DNA of 64,000 nucleotides from the human T2T-CHM13v2.0 reference genome, Homo sapiens: NCBI RefSeq assembly GCF_009914755.1, contig NC_060935.1; one strand, written 5' to 3'. Positions 1 through 20,698 of the stretch are shown one piece after another. A program made the translations under genes and the position numbers. The notes under the pieces are model-generated. The model was not told the DNA's origin. It ran no database searches and saw only the letters and a program-made list of their open reading frames with translations. Every line of letters begins with the position of its first letter. Within the stretch, counting starts at the first letter, position 1.

Positions 1-1498
1 CCATGTGGTCGGGGACAGAGGTGGGCAGGGACGGACGGTGTCGAGCTGGACATGTCCATGACGTCGGCCATCCCTTGGGATGGCTTTTTTGTTTTGAGGA
101 TAAGGCTGCCTGCCAGGAAGCTGTGCCCTGCCTGGCCCTTGCCCCAAGCCCCTGGCCTGTGCTTGGCCTCGCGGAAGGGATGTCGCCCTTCTCTCCTGCA
201 TGCGTGCAGGGAGGAAGGGGAGAGGTCAGCAGCCCGCCTGGAGGAGGCTCGGGCGAGGGGAAGGTTTCACTTTCAGGCAATGTTGTGGGGCTGTTTAAAC
301 AACCCCAAAGAAAACCATTTGGCCAAACTGTTAGTTTCCAAACATTTTACTTCCTTGGTGTTTAAATAAATTCCTACCAAGACTCTGTAGCTGGTCCCAG
401 GGAAGGAGTTGGCCTCTCTTCTTTATAGCCCGGCACAGTCAGTCCCCTGCACCTGCCCCTCCCAACCCCAGGCCTGCTTCCCCGTGGCCATGGCTGCTGC
501 CCGGACCTCTCTACACACAGAACCTCCTGGAGGCCAGCTGTGGGCACCAGCCTTGGCAGGGCTGTGGCGGAGCCCAGGCTGCTGGTACTCTCTCTGCAGC
601 TGCTCCCTGCTGGCCTGGCTGGACAGCGTCCCCACCACCACTGGGGTCACCTCTGTGCTGGTCACAGCTCACTCAGACCTTCAGGCAAATGGGTTGGATC
701 CTGCCTCTCTCCCAGGTGTCTCAGTCTCTGCAAAACTCAAAAACCTCAGAGGCCTTGCAGCCTGAGGGGTGTCAGAGACACCTCCTTCGAATCAGTAAAC
801 ACCTACAGATTCACCCCAGCAGTGAAAGGACTGCTTCGCCACAGAGGTTTGATTTACTCCTAAGTAATTGGAAGGGATGCCGAGAATAGGTTCCTCATGG
901 TGGGACTAGAGGCCCTCTGCTGACCTAGTTAACAGAGGGCTAGGGCTGGGTGTGCTCAGCCCCTGAAGGTTCTAGGCCCATTTGGGACACCCCGCCAGAA
1001 CCTGCCACAACCTGCCATGTGGTGACAGCTACCTAAATCCCAGAGGCTCTTGAGCTGGAGAGCAGACCTCTCAATCTCAGCAGGCCCCCCACACAGACCC
1101 CATAACCCTAGTCTGCCTTCACAGTACAGTTCGTGGCTATGTGTTCACGGATGGTGTTGTTCACCTAAGGTCTCTGCCCTGTGACCCCAAGGGCGTCCTG
1201 AGGGCAGATTCCAAGTCTGTTTCGTCCACCCCTCCTTCCCTAGCAGCGGGTCCAGGGCCTGGCCTGAACTAGCTTCCCACAGAGATACTGGTGGGATGAT
1301 GAAGGCAGCCAGGCGGCAAGTGAAAAACGCACTTCCTGCATGTGCTGGCTCCTGGGATTGAAGTGTTTGAGGAAGCAAAGTGAAGTGAGCTTTCCTCTTG
1401 CGGCTGTGTGTCCTTGGGCCGGGAGCCTACCCTCTCTGAGCGTTGGGGTCCTTGTCAGTAGAATGGGGCATCCTCATAGCTCAAGGGGTGGTGTGTGA

Positions 1499-1821
<323 letters not shown>

Positions 1822-2415
1822 TACTTTAGTGATTTCTTAGGAGGACAGAGGGAACGGGCTGGCAAGACAGGCTTGGAATGTGTTTTGGGATCAAGTGCCG
1901 GTTTCTGTCTGGCACTGGCGTTCTCTGTGGGGCCATGATGGACACACTGCTGAGGTCAAGCGTGATTCGTCTTGCGCTGTGCCTGGCAGTCTCATTGGAA
2001 AGTTCTGTAGACATCGTGTGGATGGGGCTCTTCCCGGCCAAGCCCTTGGGGACCTTCCAGGACTGTGATCTCCCCACAGTGGCTGTTAAGCAGGGACCTT
2101 TCGTGAAGTGGAGTCTCTGGTCCCCTCCAAGTCATAGCTAGACAGGGACTCGGGCATCGCCAAGCCTGGCTGATTATTCACTGGATGAGGAGACAGGCCC
2201 AGAGAGGGGCAGGAACCTGCCCGAGGTCACCCAGCAGGCCCCAGAGGTTTCGGTCTCGGATTCTCCCTGCTCATCCCTGGATGTAGTGCTGCTGTGGATG
2301 TGGTTCTGTGCTGGGGGCTGTGGAGAGCAGGGGGCTTGTGCCAGGACCCCAGTGAGGGTGGCGCCCTCGCCATGAGGCCGACTGTTGGTATGGGGCGGCC
2401 ATCCACTGGGGTGTG

Positions 2416-2481
2416 GGGAGGAACAGCTTTCCTGAGGAGGAGGTGGCGGGAGGAACAGCTTCCCTGAGGAGGAGGTGGCGG
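2416..2481. repeat. 32-bp tandem duplication
   Basis: ggaggaacagctt[t/c]cctgaggaggaggtggcg x2. Confidence 0.85.
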
Positions 2482-4689
2482 TGCTGTGTGACCTGGGCCT
2501 TGAAGGACAGGTCCATTGTCAACAGAACATTTTGGGAGTGGAGCCTAGAGGGAGAAAATTTGTTGAAATTCAGATTCCCCTCCCCCTACCAATACACACC
2601 AAATCAGATGCCCCTGACCAGATCTAAATTTGGCTCTCAGAGATTTCCATTGTAGCTGGGCACTTGGGGAACCTTCTAAGTGCTGCCTCTGCCTCTCCCC
2701 AGCCTGCCTGCCTCAGTTTCCCCAGCCCTGGGCCCGTGTCGCTGTTGCCATCACGTGGGCGCCCTCTAGTGGAGGAATCAGATTATGCACTCCGGGGCTT
2801 GGAGCAGGAGTCAGGAGGGGCTCCTGTCTTTCCTTGAAACGTTGGATGCCGGGATCCTGGAACAGTCTCTGCATTCCTCCTGGCGAGAACCAGAGCCTGG
2901 GCACAGGGGACCATCTGTTGTTTGAAGGCTGCAGCCTGGCAGGGCACTCAGGAGATCTGGCAGTTGGCTGCAGGGCCAGGTCTAGGGGCCAGGGCATCAG
3001 GGAGGCTCTGGGCTGGTTCAGCCCCGGGCCCCTTTGCAGATTGTGACCTGGGCCCCTGTGCAGGGGCATGGCCACAGGATGCTGGGAGGGGTCTCTGACC
3101 CTGACCTTCTTGGCTCTGTGCATCCTTGAGACCAGAAAGGTCTGGAACAAATGAGTAGACGATGCCCTAACCTGGGGAGGGAGCCACATCCTGATCCCAG
3201 CAACCTCGGGAAGGATCTGTCAGGATTATGGGGCACCCTGGGGGCCCCAAGTCTGCATGGGTCTCCACTTGCAATTTCTGTAGGAAGCTCTGATAAATCC
3301 AAACTGGGGGTCCTAGGACACAGTCAGAAATGCTGATACCGTTGTGTGTGGAGCCTCGGGCCCTGGGGGTCAGGAGCATGTGGAGGGTGGGCCACGGGGG
3401 TTCAGAAGAGAATCCTGTAACCCCCCACCCCCCAAACTGAAGCCCACTTGAGGGCCATGGCTGAAAGGTTGGGGGGTCTCCGTGCGTCCTGTGGAGTGGG
3501 TGGTGAGGAGTCCTTGGGTTTGCACGCCTCTGGGCCTGAGCGGCGGGACCCCGTCCACAGCGGATCCCTGGGCCCTGTTGCTCAGATGCTCTCAGAGTGT
3601 TGCTGTGGCCACGGAGGGAGCCTGAGTTAAGCTTCTCTTGTGCCGGTTGTACGCTGTCAGGTCACACTGGTGAGTTAGGCAGGGCACAGATGCCCAGAGC
3701 AGAGGGAACTTTCCTTGGGGATTCAACACGTGCAAGTCTTAGGGGCTGGCAAATCCTGCCCTCAGCTAGAGAGGGGGCTTTTATTTGAGACCAGAATCAC
3801 CTGAGCATCCTCCTGTCCCCAGCTGTGTCCAGCCTGTCTGCAGGGACATCCTGAGAGGACCAGGCTCTCCCCTCATCCACCTGCCTAAGTGCCACTCTGA
3901 ACCCTGTCCACCTGTGCCGTGGAGGGGCGTGACCTCAAGCTGCTCAGCCAGCAGCAGGCTTGGCCCTGGGGGGCAGCAGAGACCCAGGTGGCTGTGGGGT
4001 GGGTGCTTCGTGGCGTGGTTCTGAAACTTCGTTGGAAGTGTGTGGACAGTGCCTTGCCTGTTCTCTGTGGGACCCTATTTAGAAACGAGGTCTGAGTTAC
4101 TGGGGGTCATCACTGTGTTCTGATGGCCCAGCTGTGTGGAGGCCGCGGTGCAGCCCCATCCAAGGAGCCAGGGCCCTGGGTCTAGCCGTGACCAGAATGC
4201 ATGCCCCGGAGGTGTTTCTCATCTCGCACCTGTGTTGCCTGGTGTGTCAAGTGGTCGTGAAACTCTGTGTTAGCTCTTGGTGTTCCTGAAAGTGCCCCCG
4301 GGTCTCAGGCCTCAGAACCAGGGTTTCCCTTCATCTCGGTGGCCTGGGAGCATCTGGGCAGTTGAGCAAAGAGGGCGATTCACTTGAAGGATGTGTCTGG
4401 CCCTGCCTAGGAGCCCCCCGGCACGGTGCTGGGGCCTGAAGCTGCCCTCGGGTGGTGGAGAGGAGGGAGCGATGAAGTGGCGTCGAGCTGGGCAGGAAGG
4501 GTGAGCCCCTGCAAGGTGGGCATGCTGGGGACGCTGAGCAGCATGGCCAGCAGCTGGGTCTGCAGCCTGGTACCCGGCGGGACTTGTGGTTGGGGCTGGT
4601 TTGTGGCCAGGAGAGGGGCTGGCAGGAGACAAGGGGGACTGTGAGGCAGCTCCCACCCAGCAGCTGAAGCCCAATGGCCTGGCTGTGTG

Positions 4690-4800
4690 GCTCTCAGCTG
4701 CGTGCATAACCTCTCAGTGCTTCAGTTCTCTCATTTGTAAAATGAGGAAACAAACAGTGCCAGCCTCCCAGAGGTGTCATGAGGATGAACGAGTGACCAT
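4690..4800. mobile_element. MIR fragment
   Basis: MIR core cttcagttctctcatttgtaaaatgagg. Similar cores near 5640, 6130, 24750, 29130, 30840, 31610, 42790 and 49750. Confidence 0.6.
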
Positions 4801-4904
4801 GTAGCATGGGCTGGGTGCGTGTCACCTAACATCACCAGCCTTTGCAAGGAGAGCCCTGGGGGCCTGGCTGAGTATTTCCCTTGCCCGGCCCACCCCAGGC
4901 CTAG

Positions 4905-5357
<453 letters not shown>

Positions 5358-5449
5358 TAAGACGGGCGGGGGCTGGGGCCTGGAGCCAGGGCCAGGCCAA
5401 GCACAGGCGAGAGGGAGATTGACCTGGACCTGTCATTCTGGGACACTGT

Positions 5450-5597
5450 CTTGCATCAGAACCCGGAGGAGGGCTTGTTAAAACACCGGCAGCTGGGCCC
5501 CACCCCCAGAGCGGTGATTCAGGAGCTCCAGGGCGGGGCTGAAGACTTGGGTTTCTAACAAGCACCCCAGTGGTCCGGTGCTGCTGCTGGGTCCATG
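5450..5597. mobile_element. MER5A-like hAT-Charlie fragment
   Basis: gcatcagaa...gggcttgttaaaaca...ctgggccccacccccaga...tttctaacaagc...gctgctgctgg matches the recalled MER5A consensus. Confidence 0.65.
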
Positions 5598-5755
5598 CGT
5601 AGAAAGCCCTGGAGACCTGGAGGGAGCCCTTTGTTCCCCTGGCTTCAGTTTCCTCATCTGTAGAATGGAACGGTCCATCTGGGTGATTTCCAGGATGACA
5701 GTAGTGACAGTAAGGGCAGCCTCTGTGACACTGACCACAGTACAGGCCAGGCCTC

Positions 5756-6057
5756 TTTTTTTCTTTTTTTTTTTTTGAGATGGAGTCTCACTCTGTCGCC
5801 CAGGCTGGAGTGCAGTGGTGTGATCTCAGCTCACTACAACCTCTGCCTCCTGGGCTCAAGTGATTCTCCTGCCTCAGCCTCCTGAGTAGCTGGGATTACA
5901 GGTGCCTGCCACTGTGCTTGGCTAATGTTTGTATTTTTGGTAGAGATGGGGTTTCACCGTCTTGGCCAGGCTGGTCGCAAACTCCTGACCTCAGGTGATC
6001 CACCTGCCTCAGCCTCCCAAAGTGCTGGGATTACAGGCATGAGCCACCACGCCCGGT
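5756..6057 (-). mobile_element. Alu, full length
   Basis: antisense Alu; TSD caggccaggcctctttt at 5743 and 6058. Confidence 0.93.
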
Positions 6058-7544
6058 CAGGCCAGGCCTCTTTTGAACACTTTGCACACCATGGGTCTTT
6101 TCATCCAGGGGGGTAGGTACAGTTGTACAGTTGAGGACACTGAAGCCCAGAGAGGCTCAGGGACTTGCCCAGGGTCACACAGCAGGATGTGGCAGGTGTG
6201 GGGCTGGGCCTGGCAGCGTGGCTCCAGCTTTCCAGCATAGAAATCTGTGAAAGCAGATAGTTTGTCGGTCGGTAGGGGAGACTTTCTGAGACCCGCCCCA
6301 GCGGCTCAGAGGGTAGTAGCCAGGGGCCTTCCTGGGGGCTCATAACCCAGAACACTGAATGGGAAAACCCTGATGGAGGAGGCGCAGTGGAGCTGTGGGT
6401 GCCGATGGGAAGTCCCAGAGGAGCTGGGAGGTCAGTAGCGGTGCTGCCCTCTGTGGAGCACTTAGTGGGCACCAGGTGTGTTTCCAGGTTCATGGCCCTG
6501 GGACCTGAAGCTCAGAAGGTGAAGTAACTTGCCCAGGGCACCCGTCGGGCAGCGGCGGGCAGAGGATTTGTGGGCTGTGGAGCCTGTGCTCGTGGCCCAG
6601 CCCTGGGGGTTGTGAGTGTGCTGGCCGGGGAGCTTTTCCTGCAAGTGGACTGGTGTCTAGGAGCCAGCATGTCAGGCAGCAGGCAGCGGGAGTGCAGCAG
6701 GCAGCGGGAGCACAGCAGGCAGAGGGCGGGGCTCGAGCAGCCATCCGTGGACCCTGGGGCACGGAGGCATGTGGGAGAGGGCTGCTCCATGGCAGTGGCT
6801 GAAGGGCTGGGTTGTGCCCCGAGGAGGGTGGATGAGGGTAAGAAGTGGGGTCCCCAGGGGCTTTAGCAAGAGGAGGCCCAGGAACTGGTTGCCAGCTACA
6901 GTGAAGGGAACACGGCCCTGAGGTCAGGAGCTTGGTCAAGTCACTGTCTACATGGGCCTCGGTGTCCTCATCTGTGAAAAAGGAAGGGATGGGGAAGCTG
7001 ACTCCAAGGCCCCTCCTAGCCCTGGTTTCATGAGTCTGAGGATCCCAGGGACATGGGCTTGGCAGTCTGACCTGTGAGGTCGTGGGGTCCAGGGAGGGGC
7101 ACCGAGCTGGAAGCGGGAGGCAGAGGGGCTGGCCGGCTGGGTCAGACACAGCTGAAGCAGAGGCTGTGACTTGGGGCCTCAGAACCTTCACCCCTGAGCT
7201 GCCACCCCAGGATCTGGGTTCCCTCCTTGGGGGGCCCCAGGGAACAAGTCACCTGTCCTTTGCATAGGGGAGCCCTTCAGCTATGTGCAGAAGGTTCTGC
7301 TCTGCCCCTTCCTCCCTCTAGGTGCTCAGCTCCTCCAGCCCACTAGTCAGATGTGAGGCTGCCCCAGACCCTGGGCAGGGTCATTTCTGTCCACTGACCT
7401 TTGGGATGGGAGATGAGCTCTTGGCCCCTGAGAGTCCAAGGGCTGGTGTGGTGAAACCCGCACAGGGTGGAAGTGGGCATCCCTGTCCCAGGGGAGCCCC
7501 CAGGGACTCTGGTCACTGGGCTTGCCGCTGGCATGCTCAGTCCT

Positions 7545-8873
<1,329 letters not shown>

Positions 8874-9273
8874 TAGTTACAATACTTTCTGACAAAAACG
8901 CCTTGAGAGGGTAGCGCTATACAACGTCCTGTGGTTACGTAAGATGTTATCATTCGGCCAGGTGCCTGTAGACACAGCTACTTGGAGACTGAGGTGGGAG
9001 GATCGCTGGAGTCCAAGAGTTTGAGGCCAGCCCGGGCAAAGGGGACACAGGAATCCTCTGCACTGCTTTTGCCACTTACTGTGAGATTTAAATTATTTCA
9101 CAATACAAAATTAAGACAAAAAGTTAATCACATATCCACTGCCCTGCTTAAGACAGAAAACATGGGTGTTGTTGAAGCCAGAGGCAGCTGCTGGCCTGAG
9201 TTTGGTGATTGGTTCCTAAGCAGTTGAAGGCAGTTTTGTTTTTCCATAGATGTCTGTTCTCCCTTTGCTGGGT

Positions 9274-9585
9274 GCAGCCTCGCCCTGCTGCTGTGGTCGG
9301 GTTTCAGTGGCCTCGTCCCGTGGACGCAGCCTCGCCCTGCCGCTGTGGTCGGGTTTCAGTGGCCTCGTCCCGTGGACGCAGCCTCGCCCTGCCGCTGTGG
9401 TCGGGTTTCAGTGGCCTCGTCCCGTGGACGCAGCCTCGCCCTGCCGCTGTGGTCGGGTTTCAGTGGCCTCGTCCCGTGGACGCAGCCTCGCCCTGCCGCT
9501 GTGGTCGGGTTTCAGTGGCCTCGTCCTGTGGACGCAGCCTCGCCCTGCCGCTGTGGTCGGGTTTCAGTGGCCTCGTCCCATGGGC
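9274..9585. repeat. 52-bp minisatellite, 6 near-identical copies
   Basis: unit gcagcctcgccctgccgctgtggtcgggtttcagtggcctcgtcccgtggac starts at 9274, 9326, 9378, 9430, 9482, 9534. Confidence 0.97.
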
Positions 9586-9629
9586 GTGCTTTGGCAGCTT
9601 TTTGCTCACCTGTGGAGCCTCTCTTGAGC

Positions 9630-9973
<344 letters not shown>

Positions 9974-10540
9974 TGAGGTTCTCTTGGTGCCAGTGATATG
10001 TACATGTGTCCCCATCGCACCATCGTCACCCATTGAGGTGACATTGGTGCCTCTCCTCGGGGTGGATGCCTCCCTCTGTTTCCAGCAACTTCTGAAGGAT
10101 TTTCCTGAGCTGCATCAGTCCTTGTTGACGTCACCATCGGGGTCACCTTTGCTCTCCTCAGGGCTCCCAGGGGAGGCCCGAATCAGGCAGCTTGCAGGGC
10201 AGGGCAGGATGGAGAACACGAGTGTGTGTCTGTGTTGCAGGATTTCAGACCCTGCTTCTGAGCGGGAGGAGTCTCAGCACCTTCAGGGTGGGGAACCCAG
10301 GGATGGGGGAGGCTGAGTGGACGCCCTTCCCACGAAAACCCTAGGAGCTGCAGGTGTGGCCATTTCCTGCTGGAGCTCCTTGTAAATGTTTTGTTTTTGG
10401 CAAGGCCCATGTTTGCGGGCCGCTGAGGATGATTTGCCTTCACGCATCCCCGCTACCCGTGGGAGCAGGTCAGGGACTCGCGTGTCTGTGGCACACCAGG
10501 CCTGTGACAGGCGTTGTTCCATGTACTGTCTCAGCAGTGG

Positions 10541-12590
<2,050 letters not shown>

Positions 12591-13129
12591 TCCCAGGCTT
12601 GCCACACCTCAGCACTTTGAGATACGTCGCACAGTCCCCATTTGCGAACGAGAAATGAGGTTTAGGGAACAGCAGCTGTGTCATGTCACACAGCGAGCAG
12701 GGGGTCTCTGAGCCGTCTGACCCCACAGCCGACCAAGCTCCAATCCTTACCGCCTCCTAGTGTTGTGGATGTAGCCCAGGGTGCTCCCACATTTTTCAGA
12801 TGAGAACACCGAAGCTCAAAACAGGAGCGTTTTGTCCACATTGGATACACGATGTCTGTGGTTTGGTCCTGAAGTCACTTTATATCTCAGTGGTCCAGAC
12901 TGGAGTAGGACAGGGGGTTCTGGGGAATGGGGAAGGTGTCTCAGGTGAAAGGAAGGAATTCCAGATTCTCCATACTGTCCTTGGGAAGTTAGAAGACTCA
13001 GAGGGTCTGGCAAAGTCAGACAAAGCAAGAGAAATGCAGTCAGGAGGAAGCGGAGCTGTCCAGGAACAGGGGGGTCGCAGGAGCTCACCCCCAGGAACTA
13101 CACTTGCTGGGGCCTTCGTGTCACAATGA

Positions 13130-14087
<958 letters not shown>

Positions 14088-16648
14088 TCATGCACTGGAA
14101 GCTCATTACCTGACGATTTGGAGCTCATCACTGGGGGCCTAAGGAGAATAGATACTGAAGGATGAGGAGTGATGGCGCGGGGCACGGGTGTCTTTGGTGG
14201 CCAGAACTTGGGGACTGCTGGGGTGCCTCACTGCAGGCCTTCTCAGCGCCCTTTATATGCTTACACAGGCTGTTTCTAAGAGGGGGATACATTGCATAAG
14301 CGTTTTCAGACTACCTCATCATGGGTCCCTTTCTTTACCCTCTGTGGCCCTGGTGGCGCACTCTCTGGGAAGGTGCAGGTGGATGCCCAGACCCGCCCTG
14401 CCATCCACCTGCACGTCCAGAGCTGACTTAGCCTCGAGATTGCTGCTGGCACCTCCTGCCCCGGGACACCTCGGATGTGCCCGTGGAGATGCTGGCTCTG
14501 TGTTTTCTGCTGGAGTTTGGTGCGTCTTTTCCTCCTGCAAGTGGCCACCGCTCTTGGGTATGTCCTCAGGCTTCTGCGAGTCATGGCTGCTTCTCAGGTC
14601 CTTGCCCAGCGCCAGGAGCAAACCCTCCTGGCACTTTGTTCAGGGGTGGATGCGCCAGTGTTCCTGCTGTGGACCCCCATCTCACATGAGGGTCTTGGGC
14701 CTGCAGGCTCGTTCAGGAAACACCCGCTGAGTATGCAGTGTGTGCCAGCTGTGTCCCAGGCAATGGCGGGGACAGTGGCTGCTGCTGGGGTTGTGGTGGC
14801 TTCTGGGGACTCTGGGGACAGCTGAGGTGCAAGGAGCCACGGCTCCTTGAGGATGCAGTTGGACTCCAGGTGGAAGGGATGGTTGGGGGAGGTATAAATG
14901 GGGTCAGGGAGGAGACACATTTGGAACAATGGGAACATTTTTAAGATGCTATGTCGGGAGGCAACAAGGTGGCCAACCCAGGTGCTGAGGAGCCCACACC
15001 AGCCCTGGACGTGTTTTGCCGCTCACCTTTGCTGGGGAGTGGTGGGAGAGAGGATTCCGTTCCACGTGGTGGTGTGCGCAGCTGGGCTGTGTGGAGCTGG
15101 GCGCTAGGAGGAAGGTGCTTTCTGCGGGGCTAGCCGGGCTCTGCCTTTGAACACAATCAGGCTCCAGGTTTTCAGCATCCAGTGCATGAGAGGACTTCAC
15201 GGGCAGCTGTGGCTGATCCCTTGATGAATTGGGAGAAGAACAAAGGTCTATGAAATGAGGTTTCATGTAGATGGCATTAGAGACGCCCACAACAGATTTA
15301 CAGAGTGGAGCGGAGACGGCGGATGGGTCTGGGAGGCCCCTCCTGCTGGCCTTGACTGTGACAGCTGTCCTGGGAATCAGCTTCCAGGCCGCCCCAGCAG
15401 CCTGACTGACACACACAGGGGTTTTAGCCCCATCCTGCGACCAGCTGTTGCCATCATCAGTGACAGCTGGGAGTGGCGGTGGTTCCAGCCCTGGGCACCC
15501 TCCCCACCTGCTGGGGCCCACCCAGGGCAGTCCTGACACCTACAGGTTGCTTGGAGCCGCATCCGAGTCCTGCCCCACCACGTGTGAAGCCCGAGTGGTC
15601 GTGGGCTGAGGTCCCCTGATTGCATCCCCACTTCCCTTCTGCTTCACATAGCTGCCTCTTCTCACCGTTTTTCCAGCCTCCTGGGCTAGGAATTCCAGTG
15701 TTGTGCTGGCTTTGCCCCAGGACACCTCCTTAGCCCTCTTCCTGAGTCTAGAGCCCCGGGGGTTGGAAGTTCTGGCCCCTGGGACACCTGCAGCCACACT
15801 CAGCTTCTCCTGTGAGCCTCCAGCATGTCCCCTCAGGACCAAGCCCTCACGTTCTTGCCTCCCCGCCCACCTGGGCTCAGCCAGGGGAAGGCCTGGCTGG
15901 GAGCGTCTCCCCTCTGCCCTGCCCTTCTCCCCTCTACCCTGCCCTTCTCTCCTCTGCCCCGCCATGGCTTTTATATCCTGTGCCACAAGACATGGCTGTG
16001 TGTGAAAGTGGCAGGGTCTGGCATCTCTGTGGGTCTCTGAGGCCCACGCTCCAGTGCCACTCTTCCCACCCGCTGGCCGTGCCCTCATGCTGGAGGGACA
16101 GCCCAGCCCTCTCCCGAACCCCAGCCCCATGTGCCCAGCTGCCCCCGGCCCTCTCCCCTGGAAGCCGGGGTCACTCCAGCCGTATGCCATGGTGGGGACA
16201 TCCTGCTTCCTTGGCCTTCCAGGGAAGGTCCTCTTTCCAAATGGCGACACCTGGTCCCTGCCTGGAGGCTGGAAGCTGTGGCCCTTGTATGCCCCTCCAG
16301 GGTCTGTGCGCTCGGTTGGCCCGAGTTCCCATCACCGTCATCATCACCATCATCATTGTCATTTCGCTTGTCTGTGAGCCGGCCTGGTCTCCCAGAGCAG
16401 AGACCCTCTGAGGTCCAGCCTGAGTTGGGGTCTCCGTGCTGACCCCTGACGGGGACTCAGGACGTACCAGGTCTGGGTCAGGAGTGACCCCCAAACCTCG
16501 TGCCCTTTGACAGGCACCCCTGACTTTTGCTAAGTGGGTGGAGGTGACATCACTTACAGCGGGAGTGATGGGACAGGGTCTGTTGGCTGCACTGTGCTCC
16601 CAGGGATCTGGGGAGAGGCTATATCCCTGGGCTTTGGCACTGCAGAGC

Positions 16649-16651
16649 TGT

Positions 16652-16708
<57 letters not shown>
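16649..16708. repeat. (TG)n microsatellite, perfect (TG)25 at 16659-16708
   Basis: direct read. Confidence 0.98.
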
Positions 16709-16713
<5 letters not shown>

Positions 16714-17248
16714 GTGCGCGCACATGTGTATAAGATCTTTTTTTATTACATGAAGCAAGATAACTGTTGCTGTTTCCTTTTGGGTTTTGTGTTCAACAGA
16801 GTGGGGTACTTCTTCCCTCAGACAACAGAACTCTCCCCTTTAAACACGTGCTGTCAGAGGGTGGGTCTTGGGCTCATGTCTGTTTGCACAGCCGAGTCAG
16901 AGGAAACACAGGGTTCTTCATAAAAACACTGCACAGCAGGCGACTGTCCAGAGTCAGCCTGCAGGACGGCAGCAGCCCTGCCCCTCAGAGCACAGCTAGG
17001 GTGGGCTGCTTTGGGATCTCCCGTCATTCCCTCCCAGCTGGCAGCCGGCGGCCGGCCCATTCCTTGGTGTGCTGGTCAGGGGGGCGTGCGCCTGCTCTGC
17101 TCACCCTGGGAATGGGACAGAAGCTGGCAGCTCGGAGAGGACAGGGCTGGACCCTTGGGTGGCCTCTGGCTGGACCATCTCATTGTCCTCAGACACAGCC
17201 TCTCGGGTCTAGTTTCATTTCCTGAAAAACAAGTGCACAGAACTAGAG

Positions 17249-18221
<973 letters not shown>

Positions 18222-19137
18222 TCCTGGAAAATTCATCTCCCAAGTTCTCTTCCGGCACTGGCGTTCCTGGGTGTCCTAAATTTGGCCCCTGTTATTTCTG
18301 AACTCTGTTTTGGCTCTGTTCCCTCCCAGGAGCCAGGACAGGCACGTTCTCTGCATCTTGTCCCCTGACGCCCAGAGGCTTGGCTCGGCTCAGGCATTCT
18401 TGGAAATATCTGGCTCCAGGAAAGGCAGAGGCCTCCTGAGTCGGCCCAGAGGGAACCTGCCCCAGGTCTGGGGGAGGCCTGACCCAGCAGAGTGGCTTTT
18501 GCCGATGGGTTGGGCCGGTCAAGATGTGCTGAAAGTTGTCCTCAGAAGGCCACTTTGGGATTCCTTCCTCCAGTATTAGAGCAACTGAGAGCTGCTCATT
18601 GCAAGCCTGATGTTTTCCCAGTTGGCCGGGTCCACCGGGTGCCCTGGGATTCTGGGATCTGGGTGGAAAGTAGGGGGCTTGGGGGAGTGTCCTGGGTTCT
18701 GGAATCCAGGTGGCAAGTGGTGAGGTTCAGGGAGTGGCTTCTGAGCCACCATAGGGGTCTCTGTGGGAGGCTCTGCCCATCCAGGAGATTCCGCAGGCCC
18801 TGCCGGCCCAGAGCCAGCGTCTTGCGCTTGCCGAGGCTACAGCCAGCCCCAGCCGGGTGGAACAGCCCGTCGCCTCCTCTCACTTTGTTTTGGGGCCACC
18901 TGGGAGTGTGGAGCAAGGGTAGAGAGGGAGGAAGTGGCTGCCGGCCGCTGCCCAGCACCCTTGTTTGCCTTGGGCCCTCTGTGGGCTCCTTTTTATTGCT
19001 CTTCAATGAAGCCAGGGAAATGGACTTCCTTGCCTCACTTCAGTTCAACATGTCTGGAAGTTTGGTATTAAAATTAAGAAAGTGTGGAAATAGAGCAAGA
19101 AGAGAAAAATCTCTCCAAGAGATAATAGTGACCTCTG

Positions 19138-19610
<473 letters not shown>

Positions 19611-20284
19611 TTTAAGAGGTAATAGTGACCTTTTGGTAGATCGAAACCTGGATTGCTTTCTTTTTCTAAATGCTGATTCTTTTCTTTGTGGTGTTTGTGT
19701 TCTGTGCCGATGTCCCTCCCCCAGCCCTGTTATTGTGAGTGGAAGAAGGGGAAAGGGTTCGCCCGCTACTGTGAGCCCCTCCTCTCACGCTGGGTGTCCT
19801 TGGAGAAGCCTGCACTTCTTCATTGTACGCCAGGGCTGGGTCCCTCCCTGGAGTGGTTCTGTGCTGCTGGGATGGGGCCAACCCCTCAGATGTTTTCTGA
19901 GTGTCACACACAGGTGTGTGCATTCATGGCCTTTGCGTGTCTTCCTGTTGTGGAGGCAAAAATGTGAAGAACCCTAGATGATTTTGGGACCAGGGCTCCA
20001 TCACCTGCTGTTCATTGCACACCGGAGCATCCAGGCATGGGTGGAGAGCTCAGACTTCCAGGCACGGTCGCAGGGGCTGGTCTAACCATGTTCCCGCCCG
20101 CCTGCTCGTCAGAACCGCCTGTTGGGAGCTGTTATCATGATACCATACCTGGGCCCTGGGCTATCCGATTCTGACTTAATTGCTCCAGGTTGGGGCCAGG
20201 CCGTTGTTTGCTGTTTTGTTGTTTCTTCTGTGACGTTAGCCACTGGGCTAATCTGAGCCCCTCAGTTACAGGTGGAGAAACTGA

Positions 20285-20698
<414 letters not shown>

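Noticed and set aside
6672-6722. Short 18-bp repeat; also CT-rich duplication ~15905-15960, (CAT)n ~16330-16362 and C-runs 63466-63498
   Set aside because: Ordinary short slippage repeats with no further supporting context.
6490-7191. 233-aa minus-strand ORF (also 15540-16250, 18492-19274, 41955-42587, 43684-44439)
   Set aside because: Pro/Gly/Ala/Arg-rich chance ORFs expected in GC-rich DNA; many use non-ATG starts or run into Alus, with no recognisable domains.
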